NCBI GenBank assembly: GCA_977020255.1
Contig: CDROCS010005764.1
Location: 62,001-126,000 of the forward strand
DNA from: Obrimoposthia wandeli
Taxonomy: Eukaryota
Length of the DNA stretch: 64,000 bases
Direction of reading: 5' to 3'
The notes below the pieces were generated by a model, which did no database searches, was not told where the DNA came from, and saw only the letters and a program-made list of their open reading frames with translations. Shown here one piece after another: positions 18,848 to 34,100 of this stretch (the stretch's first letter is position 1; each line of letters opens with the position of its first letter). The translations under genes and the position numbers were made by a program.

Positions 18848-20892
18848 TAATTATAATTTGAGTTGGTAGGATTAATGTTAAACAAAACGGTAAAGGAATG
18901 TGTTTATGAATAGAAAAAATATCTATCAGAACCAACATCAAAATTAATTACACAAGCTATATTTTCATGTAAATTCAATGTTGAAAAAAGATTTATTTCA
19001 CATTTTTTATTTGATACATTATAAAAATGTAGATTTTTTTAAGCTAAAATTTTATTGAAGTTGTTTATGAATTAAGTTCATTTAAGATAATGTAATAATG
19101 TAAAAATGTATTTTGTTCGGATAAATTATTGTTTATTTAATTCAAATAGGCTTCCTACCATTTGAATTTAAATGTTATATTATAAATTTATGTTGAAATA
19201 ATTTCTAATTATCATGAAATTTCTTTTTTCACACAAATTACTAATAACAAAAAATATTCTCCCACAAACTCTAATATTTCATCATCAATTGATATTTTAT
19301 GTGTTCTCATTCATGCGATTTTGGATGCATTTTTAGTTCAGTTTAGTTATATGATCGAAATAATAAAGAAAAAGTGATAATATTTATTTGGACATTAAAT
19401 TTTATTGTGAAAACTAAAATAGGAGAGTAAATCATATTAAATACTCAACAAAATTTGATTAGTTATGACATTTTCCCACACAATCTAAATACGACTTTCA
19501 AAAGTTACTTAAGTACAATGTGTTGAATTCAAATTTCAAGAAACACCAAATGATTCAAAATAGAGGAGATAAAATAGAACTAAAGATTAACTAAAAATTA
19601 TTAATTTAATAAAGTGTTCAGCTTTTGCATCAAAGCTTAACAGCATACCTACTCAACAAGTTCGTGAATTTTCTAAATCATAATGTATTAAAAGGCAAGT
19701 GAAATTGCATTTCATTGAACCAATTATATCAGCTGGATACTGCGGAATTGAATAGCCATATATATATTTCAAATAAACTTTAGAACGACCGATTTCAATT
19801 GTAATCTGAACTACAAATTTTGAGAACATTCTTAAAAAAGATATGTCAGCATATTTCAGTCGTATAAAGTTAATATGGACGTTGTTTGTCCTTGTAAGTA
19901 ATTTAGGTTTCTTTTGACGCAGCTTTATTTTATTGTTGTTTTAATGACAATAAAACCTTTTCAAATCATTTTCTGTCTTCCGGTGTCATCTGTAACTATT
20001 GAATATCCACATTTATACATATTTATATGCTTGAATAGTTGTTACTTACTTAAGTTCTACAATTTGCGATGAAACGAGGAGCCATTTAATTTGTATGTCT
20101 GGTCAAAACACATTTACCAAACATAAAATATACACCTCGAACATTTTTAAAATCCAACTACTGCTGAAAGCATGCAGTTTTAATGAACTAATTTTTATTT
20201 ATAGCATCAAAAATTCATTTTACAAGCGTTTTTGATTTAAAACCTCTTATCGTTTTAAACATTTATCCACCCCCCTGCAAGCAAATCAAGCCACCATGTA
20301 GGTGCCTATGTATAAAATCGGAAAGAAGATCGTAAAGATCTACTATAACGTTTATAAAACAAAGCTGTATGTGTAATACAATCACCATTGCTTCCGTTCA
20401 CAATTTGCGTGTTGAGTTAATAAACAAAATTTCTAGATAAATTTCTTGAATAGTTTATAAGAAATAAAATGATGCAATCCTAAAATTTTTCTTTGGCTGA
20501 GGAAATTAAGAACAGAATTATCTTTCTCATTCATTCTCAATCCTTAGCTAAAGTAGAGATTATGTTCTCAGAAATGACAACAAACAAATCTGCCTGGTCA
20601 CTTCAAAGATTTCTCACAGTTCTCTGCTAATTTCTCTTATCAATCTAAAATTTTCATCATGAATAGTATGTAAATTGTTAAAGACATAGAAAGATAAAAT
20701 AACTATTTTTAGCACTCTACACATGATTGTACTAAGAAACCAACTTGCCACCCAGGACTATTTTTATACAAAACATCATTATTTTAAAATACAGTAAACT
20801 TTATAACTAGCGTACCTCTTATGTGACCAACGACAAAAATTTAGTTAAAATTACGACCGTTTTTTAAAATGAACTGTACTGTACTAAAAATA

Positions 20893-22168
20893 TTTTGGGA
20901 TTTCTATTTGAAACTCTTATTCAAGCAGATCCTCGTATGGAGGCCCCCAACGTGAGTTATGTAGCGATATGGCTTACAGATGGATGTGGCCTACCTGTTC
21001 GTGTCCCACTTAATTCTAGTCTCAATCTGAAGGTTTTGTGTCTTATTGTTTTGTGGTGTGTTCAAGGAGTTGTGTTCACAAAATAGCTAGTAGGGTCTCA
21101 AAACTAGTGTGGTGTGATGTAATGTAGGGTGGATAGTTTATCAGCTGAGTTAGCTTTTATGTCGGAGGGATCTGGCAACACCAAGACTGAATATCGATGA
21201 AACAGAGTCGGGACCAATCGACGTAGACAATACTTCTCTGAATCGGTCAGTACGTCGAATATTGTCTCGTTGGTTTTCCCTCGGCTAATCTATATGTTAG
21301 GGGCACACGAATTTCACAAAGAATTTAACTCGGAATGAATCTTCTATCGATTTCGCTATAATAATTATATTTAACTTAGCACACTTAAAACTTCCTAAAA
21401 TTATTACAGAATACACAATAGGGTTGACACTTTTCTATGCCGATACTTTTACACGCCTCCTGCTATAATCATCCTTCAAATTATTCCCCGTGACTTTCTA
21501 CCCGTCTATCTAACTCTTTAATTTAATATGTTATTGCCGACTAATTCATTAACGTGATTTTACTCAACAATGTAATTAAAATTACATTCGTCTTTAATCA
21601 AAATGTACTTAAAAACTCAATTCTTATTTACTCAAAATTGTATATTATGTAAGCTGTGTTTTTTGCTCACCAGTTCAATTTAAATATCAGTAGTTCCGAA
21701 TTTGCCAATTTGAATATCTGTAGTTCCAAATTTTTCTGCTATTCTGCTATTTTTCTGCAATAACTTAGAATTAATTTCTCTCTATATATCAAATTTACTC
21801 ACCTCTCACTTCTCGCCGTCTCTGAAGTGCTTCTTCACAAACTAATGGAGTCTGAGTGCTTCTTCGCGAACAAATGGAGTTTGATAGGTTCCCGTTCTTC
21901 TTACTTAACTAAATCTTAACTTCCTTTTCGAAATCCATTCATCCTCCCCCACTAGATTTATCTTCCTCGGCCCCTTCTACTCATTACACACACATTTCCC
22001 CACGACCTTTTCAAGGTCCTAATTTATTTTAATTCTATATTTTATTCTAAAATCAATTTATTTTAAATTTTCTATGTAAATTCATTTCAATTTTTGATTT
22101 TAAAGTTAAATTTTTTTTAATATAAATAATTATTTTATTTATCTTATTTAATTTTCCTTAATCTAACC
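20893..22168. mobile_element. Solo LTR, copy B (termini mutated)
   Basis: Clearly alignable to copy C over the first ~600 bp. TSD AATA (20889-20892 and 22169-22172). Termini TTTTGGG and CTAACC are degenerate. Confidence 0.8.
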
Positions 22169-25100
22169 AATAGATAAAAGTTTTATATTAGTTTTTTAAA
22201 ATAATTTCGGTTTTTATAAATTTTTTTCGAAAGCAAAATTTTTTCAAAAAACATCATATAGTAAATGTTTTAATCTAAAAGCAAATATAGCAGAATTTTT
22301 AAAAATACTATTTGCCATTTAGCCAATGAATTATAGTTCAATTCAATAACTCTATCATTATGTAGAAAACTTTAACCAACTGAAATCTTGAAATGAAATT
22401 TGAGTATAAATAATCATCTAAAATAGCTTGATTTATTACATGTTACAGAAGGGAAAAGTTATAAAATAACGAAAATTGTAAAAAGGTGTTTATAAAAGCA
22501 ACAGTAGCATATATATGTGAACTAATAATAGAATATAAGATTCAAGCTGCTATAAATTTGAAAAATCACTAAACACTAAAGTTTCAAGCCTTTGTTTCAA
22601 TGAAAATTTCCATTTACGAAACTTAGAGGCAAATAAAATCACATTTACTGAACAATTATCACAAGCGACTGCAGAAATAAGGACTCGGAGATAAAAATAT
22701 ATGATATGAAGATTGCATGTTCGAGTAAAAAACTAAGACACTAGAAATTTTCAGAGTCACAGTCACAGCCAAATCAAATATTTTGTATATTTTAAAAAAT
22801 CAGTAAAATCTCATAATAAAATATTTATCTTACCTTTTGATAAATAAGTTACAATAAACAACAAATTACATTACAATACATTTCATAACAATTCATTTGC
22901 CAAGAAAATAACAACAGACTCTTTTGCTCAGATGAAATTTGAGATTCACCCGAATTTATAGTATTATTTATGACGATTATTTTCGACATCAACGATATTC
23001 ACTGTGCAGAAAACATTATTGAACAATTTATTAGAATTTTGTAAAACAAAAAGGAAAAAACTAAATAACAAAAAAAATCAAACAGAAATAGGAAAGAAAA
23101 AACCAAATTCGGTCAGTCAACAACCAATAATTTATATCCCATTATGTCTGTAAAGATTACCGAGCTTTCCGGTCTATAGGAAATTATTGTCAAATGTTTA
23201 AAATGTTAGTTCTAAAATAAAAGATTTTGTAAATAGGATAAAATTATTGAAACGAAATTTGTAACAACTATTAAAATAATCCTAATATCGATAATGAAAC
23301 AATTTTTCTAGCTTAAACATAAATTTTCGTTTTATTAAGCTAAATATAAAACAAACTATATTTGAAAACGATACAATGTGACAATGCTACAAAATGTTTG
23401 CAAGCATTCATGTGTTTTATTCCAAAAAAATATCGAGCAAATTTTGTCATGAAATGTCATTAATACTTGATAATTATTGAAAAACTTTTTAATTACATCA
23501 CATTCCATTGAGGATTGTTGAAAAATCAATTAAATAAACCGGCTGGAACATCTGTATTTTAAGAGGATAAAAATCAGCAACACTCTTCTAAGATTCGTGA
23601 ACAATATTAGATATGCTATTGTTTCCTGCCTCTTAAGAATTTTATGATAATTTTGTTAATAATATGCTATTCATGTTATTTACAAATTTCCAGGAGGTAT
23701 TCCATGGACAAATTTATATTTTTCAATGTTGATCATATTAAATTTATAGGTTAATAATATTAAATTGACCACAAATCTAATCTTAGTATTTGCTAAGTAT
23801 ATCTGTTATGTTTATTATGTTTATTGAAATTTATTAATATATCTATATATTTAAATAAAGTTAAAAATCAACTATTTTAAAAGTTATAATTGTTACAAAA
23901 TCAATTTGAACTTTAAAATAATTTATAGTATTTATATTTATTTTACACTCTTTTATTAATATATCATACATGCATAATTGTACAAAATCAAATTTCTTTT
24001 GAAATGTTGACTATTTAAGAGCATCTGAACAAAATTAATTTGATTGTTCACTTCAAATTATCACAGTTTTACAGTAAAGGATAAAATAATGTATCACATA
24101 AATATTGACCTTTATTTCAAATTGATTATTTTAATATTTATATTAACTCAGTTGGGATTATTCCCTTGTAAGACGGTATTCAGATATGTCCTCAGTTATT
24201 CAATATCACTAGAACTTCTTAAACTTATCATTAGACGTGTAGAGTTTCGAGGCATTCATTTCGGTCACTCTTAATTTAATTATAAAAATTAAAATAAACT
24301 TTAAAGACATTTAAAAAGGAACTGAGATAATGTTACAATGGCCTTTTTTGAAGCCATATTTGTCAAATATAATATATACTAAATACTTGTTAAATTATAT
24401 GTAAAAAATTAAACTAATAAATAAACGTTTAATTAAAATGACAGTCAACTAAAAATTCAACATGTTTCTCAGAAATATTTGAAAACCAGATTAAAATTTA
24501 TAAAAATACATTTTTACTTAACAATTCCTACCATATATCTTTACATTAATAATGCTACTATTGATTACATGGATAATTCTTTGAAGATAAGGAAATGTAA
24601 ATATTTGTATCAATAACGGTAAAAAAGTACATAAATATTCTTCAGTAAAATTTTAAAATCGAGCTAAGTGATTGAAAAATAGTTACAATGTTTCATTTGT
24701 TTCTTTATGTTTTCCCATATATTTTCATAAATTGAATTAACATATTTTTAATCGAAATTAATATAATATATTGGTTTTTACACTTATTCATACTTCACTT
24801 CAATAATAATAAATAACGAAATCACGAACAAACTTCGTTTTCTTCTATAACACTACAAAATACAGCAGTTTTCCTTAAGCTAAAATAACAATAAACCTCT
24901 CTCAGTTTCTTATATAACTGAGCTTCCAATATCGTTGAGACTACATTTTTCATTTTCAGCATACTGCTGCTGGGCCGATTAATCAATTTAAAAATTGATT
25001 TTTTAAATTAATTTCATATCCCGCAATGGCTAAAAACTAGTTAAAATAAAACAACGCACTTTTGTGCAAAATTCGTTTTATATTAATATATAATAAATTA

Positions 25101-27533
25101 TAATCGACTAATAATGATAACAATAGAATAAACTTTATTTTGAAGTAAGGTAGAAAAACTGAAACAAATAATTGTTAAAAACAATTATTTCAGATTGTTT
25201 AAAAATATGCCATAAGAAAACTTTTCATCAATACTGACATAAATGAAAATATTTGTCATTAATTATGCTGACAGTAACATTATGAAATAACTAAAAAATA
25301 GTGACATTATGCAATCATATTTATAATATTTTCAGGAGAGTTTTCTTTTATAAATCAAGCATCGCGCTCTGTTCTTTAAAAATAATATATTTTTTATGCA
25401 TGAATACAAACTTATCAATAGAAAACGGCCTACTCCTACTTTCACAGCTAATTAAGTGATAAAAGATGGAAGATTTACTACAACTTTTCTTCTGATAACT
25501 CTAGTTTGGACGGTGACAATTTGTCTATGTTATGTATGTAGCGTCACTCCAATGACTTTCAAACTTTAATAATACATTAGAGATAATACATTTCGATGTA
25601 GAATATTTATTAGAACTCATATTGCATGCTTAAAATAAATGTGAAACATACTAATATTCTAGTATTGGTTTATAGTCAATTAGAACTGTCAAAAATCTAT
25701 GGAATATGAAACGATCAGACGTTTTTAAATGAAATATTTCACTAGAGATTTTAATTTTGCCTGAATAATAAGTGATTCCATGAATCCATTATCAGTAAAT
25801 GTGTTTTGAATATTCTCAAGTCTGTGTCAGGATTCGTTAATGTTGAGGATAAACATCAAACTCTATGAAGACCTTTTATTAAACTAATATTATACGTGTT
25901 GTCATTGAAGCTGATGGATTTAAATAAAAAACGGTGTCAATATTTTTGTAGTAGGTTGAGTTATTGAATGCTGAGTATTATTACTTTGACAATGAGTATA
26001 AATATAAATCGATTCTACTATCATCTGACTAGTTTTTTTTATTGGAAAAAACTACTAATGTAAAATATTCCTTTCTGAAGAGAAGCGTATTATTAGTTTC
26101 AGTATTGTGTACTATTTTCATTTGCAATAATTTTATTAATATATATAATATTAAAATCGTTTGAACAGTGTATAAAAACAGAAAATAGATAAAGTAAAAT
26201 CATTTTAAAAACAGAAAATTGGTTAGAAAACTAAAATTGGAACAAGTAAATTATTTACAAAATCAGCTTTAAAATGTTATTCATTGATCAACCAAATGAA
26301 AAATTAAATACTTCTTCATGTTACCTTTGATTGAAAGTTCTTGGAATTTTGTATTAGAAATATTTCACTAAAACGTTATTTTTTTAATTAAATACTTAAA
26401 TAATTAAACTTTTTATATACATTTATTTATAAATCGTACATTAATGAACCAAATACTCTTTTAAAGCATAAACTAATTACAATCGATTACAGTATATTTT
26501 ATAGAAATCGCACAATTGGTTCACAAAGTCCTATAGTATAAGAAGTAAATAAACCTTTACAATACTAACATGCACACACATACACCTACCTGTTGTTAAG
26601 AAATGAATATTAGATTTGATAGTTTTCTCCAAAGGTCTGTTATGTAGTCCAGGGTATCCTGTAGGAACCCATCAACTCTAAGACCAAATGAGACATAAGG
26701 TTAGATTGAAAAATTCTCGCTATTAGCAGAACCGGCCGTCTCTTTAAGGTAAGTTGCAGCAGTGTGCTATAATTTTAGTCACATTCATCATCATTACTAA
26801 ACATTTATTTCAAACTAAATTCATCAATTGACATTAACACCCATTATTCTCTGTGCATCTCTAGGCTATTATATATGTGTGTGCAACAAACTTTTTAAAA
26901 GTGCATAATAGATCTCAGCCTTTCACTGGACCATTTAAATTAATGATTTATCAAAGTATAAAGTATCAACATTTAAGATAATCACATCAAAGTCAAACGT
27001 TTACGACGGCAAGTCATCTTTTCAATTCGGGATTTGCTAATTTTTAATTTACTTAAAGTATAAAGCTCAGATTTAAATTAATCTTTTCATAAACGTAGTT
27101 ATGGATGTTTCTGATTTGTTGTCTAAGTGTTACCAAAATCTGTTCAAGTATATTTTACATGAAAGTCGATGTATGAAATCTTAGCCAATATTTTTGCTCT
27201 ATCTTACAACATATTTAATTAAAAATGCAAATAAGACATAATATCAAATTTTTTGAATACACTTAATAATGTTTTTGTTTTTATAATATTATTGACTTGT
27301 GGGTTTTAAATTGACCATCTTTCAGCCAACGAAGACCATTTCCACTTTGCACTTTTTGTTTTGCATATACAGGACATGCTAAATATATCAAAATCAATCC
27401 CAATAAAAAATTGAAACCTAACTATACATTGAGATCCGATTTGAGAAAAAGTTGGTTTTGAACGATGCTCTTTCTATTAGTAAAGACTGTTTTTAAATCA
27501 GATTCACCATTTTGGTTAGGTGAACAATTGAGG

Positions 27534-27536
<3 letters not shown>

Positions 27537-27588
<52 letters not shown>
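27537..27588. repeat. (AT)26 microsatellite
   Basis: Perfect dinucleotide run. Confidence 0.95.
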
Positions 27589-27591
<3 letters not shown>

Positions 27592-29102
27592 AATAATAAG
27601 CAGGATGATAGGAATATGGTATAGACTAATCATAATTTAAACTGAAGCTCTTGAAAAGGCCAAATAATACGCATTATAACATTTCTTTTACAATTATTTT
27701 GTATTGTTTAAATTCAAACATTTATTCTGAAACCGTATAACATAATAGTTATTTTTCAGTTTTTGACTAATATAACTAACATTTATACTCTACATAAAAA
27801 CATTTCATAAGAAAATGACGTTCAGAATTTCATTTAATAAACATGTAAAAGTACTAATTCTGTATTTTGATTTATTTTAATATATTTCATTATAATTATC
27901 CAGTCTAAATTTGACAATTTTGCAGCATATACATTATATATTTTCGTTTTTGGCAATATTTGTATACAAATGTTTAGCTTCGTTGATATTCAACTTTATA
28001 TCTGTGAAAATCAATTTGATTGGGTATATTAAAGTTTATAATGATTCAATGTTTGATTGAGATCTTGTGTGAGACACAGCAATATTGACGTAGTTCTCAG
28101 ATTTGCCGCTGCTGCATCGATACATAAATGATTTTGTTATGTAAATGTGACAGTAGCAAAAGATTTTTTCCTACCACCCGCCAAATTTCCAATAGACTGA
28201 AGATCTAAATCGACTAGGCATAAGTAAAGTTCTTTCGAGGTAACATTGTTTGCATTCTCTCCCCCTTTGAATTAATTCGTATTTTCTCAGTTTACAAACT
28301 GCCCTTGCGAGAATAATTGAAGAACTGTTATTGAATCATTAATAAATAATTCATCTCGGTAGAAAGTCAATGTTACAGACAGTTACCTTAAATAGAGCAG
28401 TAAAACTCTTCAGAAACCAAGTGACTTATTTCCGAATTGATGGCTAATTCCAAGTCAGTCAATCAACGTTAGAAGAAGTCTGAAATCCCCAAAAAATAAT
28501 CAATTTCAATAAATTACCAAATGCAGTTTCAAATGATTCTCAGTTAGATTCAGGCAAGTCTAACTCCGGCTTCGTTGTACAAATAGTCGAACAGTCATCT
28601 GGCCGAATAATTAACCATACTCAAATACCATAAGAAATATAATCAATTTTCAGTATACTCAATAATTTCATTAATCTCTCAAATCCATTGCACTAATTTA
28701 CTTTTCCCTTCCCAATACGTTCTTAGAATCAGCTTGTTTTAAAATTCGATAAGCTAAATGAAATGGTCTATGTACGGGAATGATAAAGAAGGGTTTTCTA
28801 AACATCATTAGTTAGATAAGACCTTAAGGAAAAAATAAAATTCAATGTTTGACGTATTCGATTTTCTAAATTTGTGGCCTACTTTCAAATTAATAACAAT
28901 AATATATTTATGATAGCACTAATAGTTAATAAATCTGTGTTTTATAATTCATAAGCGCTTTCTGTTTTCCACTTTAGACATTATTTTTCGTAATATTTTG
29001 TAAATAATAAAGTCTTCAGTTACTCCTTGAATTTTTCAACATTACATTCTCTTTTATTCATCGACAAATTGCTGCGTCCAATATTTATATATATATATAT
29101 AT

Positions 29103-30080
29103 TAGGGTGTCCAATATTTTTTAATTAAAAAAAGAAGTAGGTGCCATTTTTTTGTATTTTATAAGAAACGACTATTGCTTTTTAAATTGTTATAATTTAG
29201 TCAACCCCACAAGTGTTGAAAATTACTAAATTACTATACAAAAATATTAAAATTTATAATTATTAAATAATCAATAATCAAAATGCAAAATGCAAAATGC
29301 AAAAAGATACGAATAAAATGTCACAATTAAGGAATTTAAGATGTTACAGATCTTTAGTAGAGTGTAGATTAGAAGAAAGCTCCAGATTGGCCAAAAAAAA
29401 TTTACTTGATTGTTATCATTTCATTCAAAAGGAAAACCCAACATTCACTGTACATTTTTGTGCTGATTATTCATTTTAAAAAGCCGGGTTCAATCAGTAA
29501 AGCAAGATGGAATGCAAAAGCTATTTATTTATTAAAAGCATATTTGATGAATGTAGATCGGAGTGCTAGAGTTGTAGAACTGTGCAATTTTGTTAGTGAT
29601 GCTTGGGGCCTTTGTTGGTTTAATTGTCGATATAGTAAAATAGCAGAATGGGGATTATTGGAAACAGCTCTTGGTCCGGAACATCAGACTAAATACAAAA
29701 AAGCAATGAAATGCTTGTATAGACATTGGAAAAAAACAAATCACGTAAATTTGGAAATCGCATATACCAATGAGATAGCTGAAAGGGCTATAAATACTAT
29801 GATTGAGTTGATTTCTTCCTCAAAAACAGTCGAAATTTTAGAAAATAGGTGTATTATGAAATTTAATAAATACTGTTTTAAAATAATCGGTGAATGAATT
29901 GGATGTAATAATAAATATAAAATATATTTTGGTGTGTTTTATTGATTTATTTTTGTAAAATTTGGGGTTGACTAAATATCGTTATTTTTTGAATTTCTTT
30001 ACAGGTTCATAATCTACATTAAAAACGGCACTTATAGTGAAATATACTTTTCGAAATTCCAACAAAAATTGGACACCCTA
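29103..30080 (+). mobile_element. Internally deleted hAT (hATm-like) DNA transposon
   Basis: TIRs TAGGGTGTCCAAT/ATTGGACACCCTA, 8-bp TSD ATATATAT, and a transposase remnant KPGSISKARWNAKAIYLLK...TNEIAERAI. Confidence 0.8.
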
Positions 30081-31036
30081 ATATATATTATCTTATTATG
30101 TATGTAGGTAATTTTTCATATAATTAAAATTATAGTTAATAATATGCTTTCAAATTATTTTAAAGTTCAAAATAATTTTTCTAACATTTATTATTTTATT
30201 ACTGATTTTCTCTTTTAAGATAATGCAAAATTTCAACATCAATTTAATATAATTAACTTATCAAATTAACTTTTGATGATTGCCTTGTAAATCAGTAAGG
30301 TTGTATGCATCACGAAAAAAATTCAACTGAAATGTTTAATTTTTACAATAAAATTATTTCTAGATAATGATTGTACCGTTTCGGTAAAAATCTTCAATAA
30401 ATAATAGATATTGCTTAATCTTTTCATTACTTTTATGTATGGCTAAAAATAAATGTTTAGTCTAAAATAATTACAAATTGCAATAAATTTTCATATATTA
30501 TTTCTAAATCTATTTCTAAGAGTGCTTATTTACAAATAACCCTTTATTAATGCAAACAAAATAATAATCGCTTATATTTCATTATAAACTGTTGAAAAAA
30601 AAAATCAAATATTAAGAAAATAAATATTTCTCCAATATTTATGTAAAAATTCTGGTGCAAATAATTTTTAAAAATCTTTTGTACCAAAAATACTTGGTTC
30701 ATGCATTACTCAATGCAACTTTCAGAAATTGTCACCTGACTTAATGACTTGATGGATGATATAAGTTATTAGAAATTAATATCCAAAACATATTTCAATT
30801 CTAACTATCGTTAATTAATTCTTAATAAGTACCCGATTATTCTTTTTATTAAAATATTGTCATCAGTTTAATCAAAGTCAATAATTTTTGAGAAAGTCTA
30901 ATTAAAATGGCCACTGATGTATGCAAAATTTCTTATTTGTCTTGCATTTTCTAAATTTGTGTCTGGCTAGAGCGCACACCAGAACCGTGCAGATAAATTG
31001 TGTGTGTGTGTCTGTTGTCATGGTTTCCATTTGCAG

Positions 31037-31122
31037 GCAATGGCTTCATCGAGGGCACGGAATTGGATGCTTTTCTGCGAGAATTCATATGCAGCGTCAT
31101 GGGGAACAATGTGAATCCGAAC
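31037..31122 (+). CDS. Cbp53E: Calbindin-32-like EF-hand protein, internal exon (GNGFIEGTELDAFLREFICSVMGNNVNPN)
   Basis: TTGCAG acceptor and GTAAGT donor. The peptide matches invertebrate calbindin-32 GNGYIEGTELDGFLREF. Confidence 0.92.
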
Positions 31123-34100
31123 GTAAGTAAACCGGCTCCAACAATTATAATGACTGTGTTTTCTCCATGTCATCGTTGTGTTTGGTTATTGTTATTTTCC
31201 CCTTTAAATACTGGAAAAATTGAAAAGTTTGCCAAAAAACAGCGTTATTTTGGCAACACCATTGACGTTTATTCAATCTTATAGTCCAAATTTGCAGGAC
31301 TATTACTGCTCTATTAAATTGTACCTACTCATTTATAAACCCAATTACGTCATTTTGAGTCTATATTTTCACTTAAATTAGCCGCATGAGGTTTAATATA
31401 TTAATATTAATTCTATACAGTAATTTGTATAATGTGTAACTTATATTTTTGTAAAAATTTTATTATTGTTGTTCACAATCTCACGAAGATCATTCGGTAC
31501 GCGTGATAAACTTTTAATTGTTAATGAAGTGTTACTCAGTGCAGTTAGGAAAGAAATCAAACGGATCCAATTGCTATTAGAAGATGTATCAAAGATAAAT
31601 CAATTCTTGCAGTTATGAAACCATTAGAAGTGCAAACAGTTCTATCCAGAGCTAGACTCTGACTTGCAAAATAGTAAAAACAATCAAAACGAGGATAAAA
31701 AACAAGTCAATACGATTTAAAGCCCAATAATTAGCCCGGTTAATGAAGACAGACTATTCGAAAGCAAGTTGTGAATGATATGATAATTTCATGGCGAGAC
31801 TTCAAGTGTCAGTTTGTTTCGTTAGTTCGACAGGACAAACGTGGCCACAAGACTGGAAACAAGACAATAAAAGTGGAATTAATTTAATGCCTATTGGGAA
31901 TATGGATAAAATAACAATGAAGAGGAAGGCTCTGAAAATATAAAATTATCTACATCAAGATCTGAAAAAAGTGAAATCAATAAAGTAAAACAACCGCTGA
32001 TAGCAGTATTCAGCCCAGGACGAGTCAATACGAAGTTGTAGTTTTCTTTCCACATATATCATTTTCTTCAGCCAACAGGCAATCAGCTAAGATCTTTTAG
32101 TTTATTATTTACTTTTACTCATTTTGAATTTTATTCTGAATAATTTTTTAGTAATATTCTGGGGTAATGAATAGAAGAGAATTTTGAAATTTAGTTAAGA
32201 TTAAATAACTTTAGTATTATGAGTTTACTGCACAATAAAACTTTTGAAAGTTATGTTTTTACAATACAAAATCTCACATACTTGCATTTTATAATCATGT
32301 AAATCAAGACATTAGGTGGATTAATAAATTGTAGATTACAGCATAATACCTTAATAAATAACTTTTAAACACTGCTTATTGTGTTTACTGTTTTACTTTC
32401 ACTCACATGCCTTTTTAGCATTTATGTAGGAATTAGTTATAAGAATGAAACAGTTTTTTAACATTAGAAATCAATTAATAAACTGAAAAAATAACGGTAT
32501 TTTTTGGTTGCATTGTTATATTTTTTCCATTAGTAGTGTTCATAAAGTTTTCATAAACAATTTCACAACATTGAAATGAAAATGTTACTTTATAAATGTA
32601 TCAAAATAATGAAAGATTTGACCTATATCTTTATGCGATAAGCAATTAACTCAAAACATATAGTTACACATTTGTAAATATTGAATTTTCATCATACATT
32701 TTTAATCTGCTTGTACGATATAAATTATTTGTCGTCATATAAATATATCTTTTCATTAATTCATAAAATAACCATTTTGTCAACCTGAATAATTATACCA
32801 ATAAAACATTAAAACCTTACCAATTAACAAACTTGCTTAACATTTATTGTTCTAATTTTTTCATGTAATTGAGCATAGAAAATTGTAATTTGAACTTGAT
32901 GTTTAATAATAAGTCTACTAATTTGGATTTATGAGCAGATTCTTAACCATTTTCGTTTCATACTGTTTCGATGATTTGGGTTTTGTAATTTAGTGATTAT
33001 TGTTTTTATGTACCTGGAACGTTTTATTGAGTTTGCTTTGTGTTTAGAAAAAAATAATGTCAATATGTTTTCTGATTTTTTTTTCATTAAAGGACCGCCA
33101 CTAGTTAATAAATGTACTTTTATAATACATAAATGGAACAACGATGTCATTAAAGATATTCAAATATATTGTCATTCCGATATCTCACACTTCTGTATGT
33201 CAAAGAGCATTTGTTACGCATATTAGCCAGAAATTCACAGCCATGTAATTCTTCTTAAAGCTAGACTTCGGCACGTGCGTTTGCTGAATCTTCATCTGCT
33301 GTGCTTAAATGTAACTTGAACTTCCACAAAATAGTCTTTGTTACTACATATTTAGCAAAGTTGTAATGTTGAAAAATTGCAACCGCTGATTTTTCAAAAT
33401 TGCATTCAATAATAAATGATGGTGTTGGTAAGTTAAAACCAATCGAAAGTTAAATAAATAAAAAAATAATGTAAGCAATAGTTTTGATCATCAATTTTCA
33501 TGTTCAAATGTTGGTGGTTCAATAAAAAAAATCCGTTTTCTATCAAAATGTATGATAATGAGATTTTATGTATTTTTATGATTGATTTTTATATCCTTGT
33601 AATATCCCGAAAACTTAGGCACGATAAAATAATCTATCATTAGAGAAGTTTTATCAATTTTATTTAATGATACATTGAATTATATTTATGAAATGCAGCG
33701 ATTAATTGACAGAAATGGATATGGGAGTAAAGATTCTTTGCTGTAGGTAAAAAATGTGATGTAGACTTTATGTAAAATTATCGCCTTATTTGTAATTGCA
33801 AAAAACACGAAGATGGGGTTTTGTTTATTTTGATGGTATTTCAGAATTTCTTGTCTATATTTTCAATTCAAAAATAAGCACAATTCTTCCCATTTGAAGT
33901 GACTCGAATGTCCAGACTCATTAAGAGAACTCGATAAACTAGGTAGTGATACTGAAAACTGAAGTATCATCTAGTAATCATCGCATCGACAGTTTTAATG
34001 AGTTTCTGATGTCGCTGATGGGAAAACTTTGGTAAGGAAGATTATGCACATTTTATATCAATCCAATATTTTCGGTTTCATTAGCATTTTTCAATTACAT

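Noticed and set aside
17411-21086. ORFs inside LTRs A and B (17411, 17930, 18347, 20895), also 38348 and 53363 in C and D
   Set aside because: Not conserved as reading frames between LTR copies.
29138-29147. Additional AGTAGGT matches (29138; also ~61744)
   Set aside because: They lack the downstream GTCTA-N2-CCAC blocks, so they are not Polinton ends.
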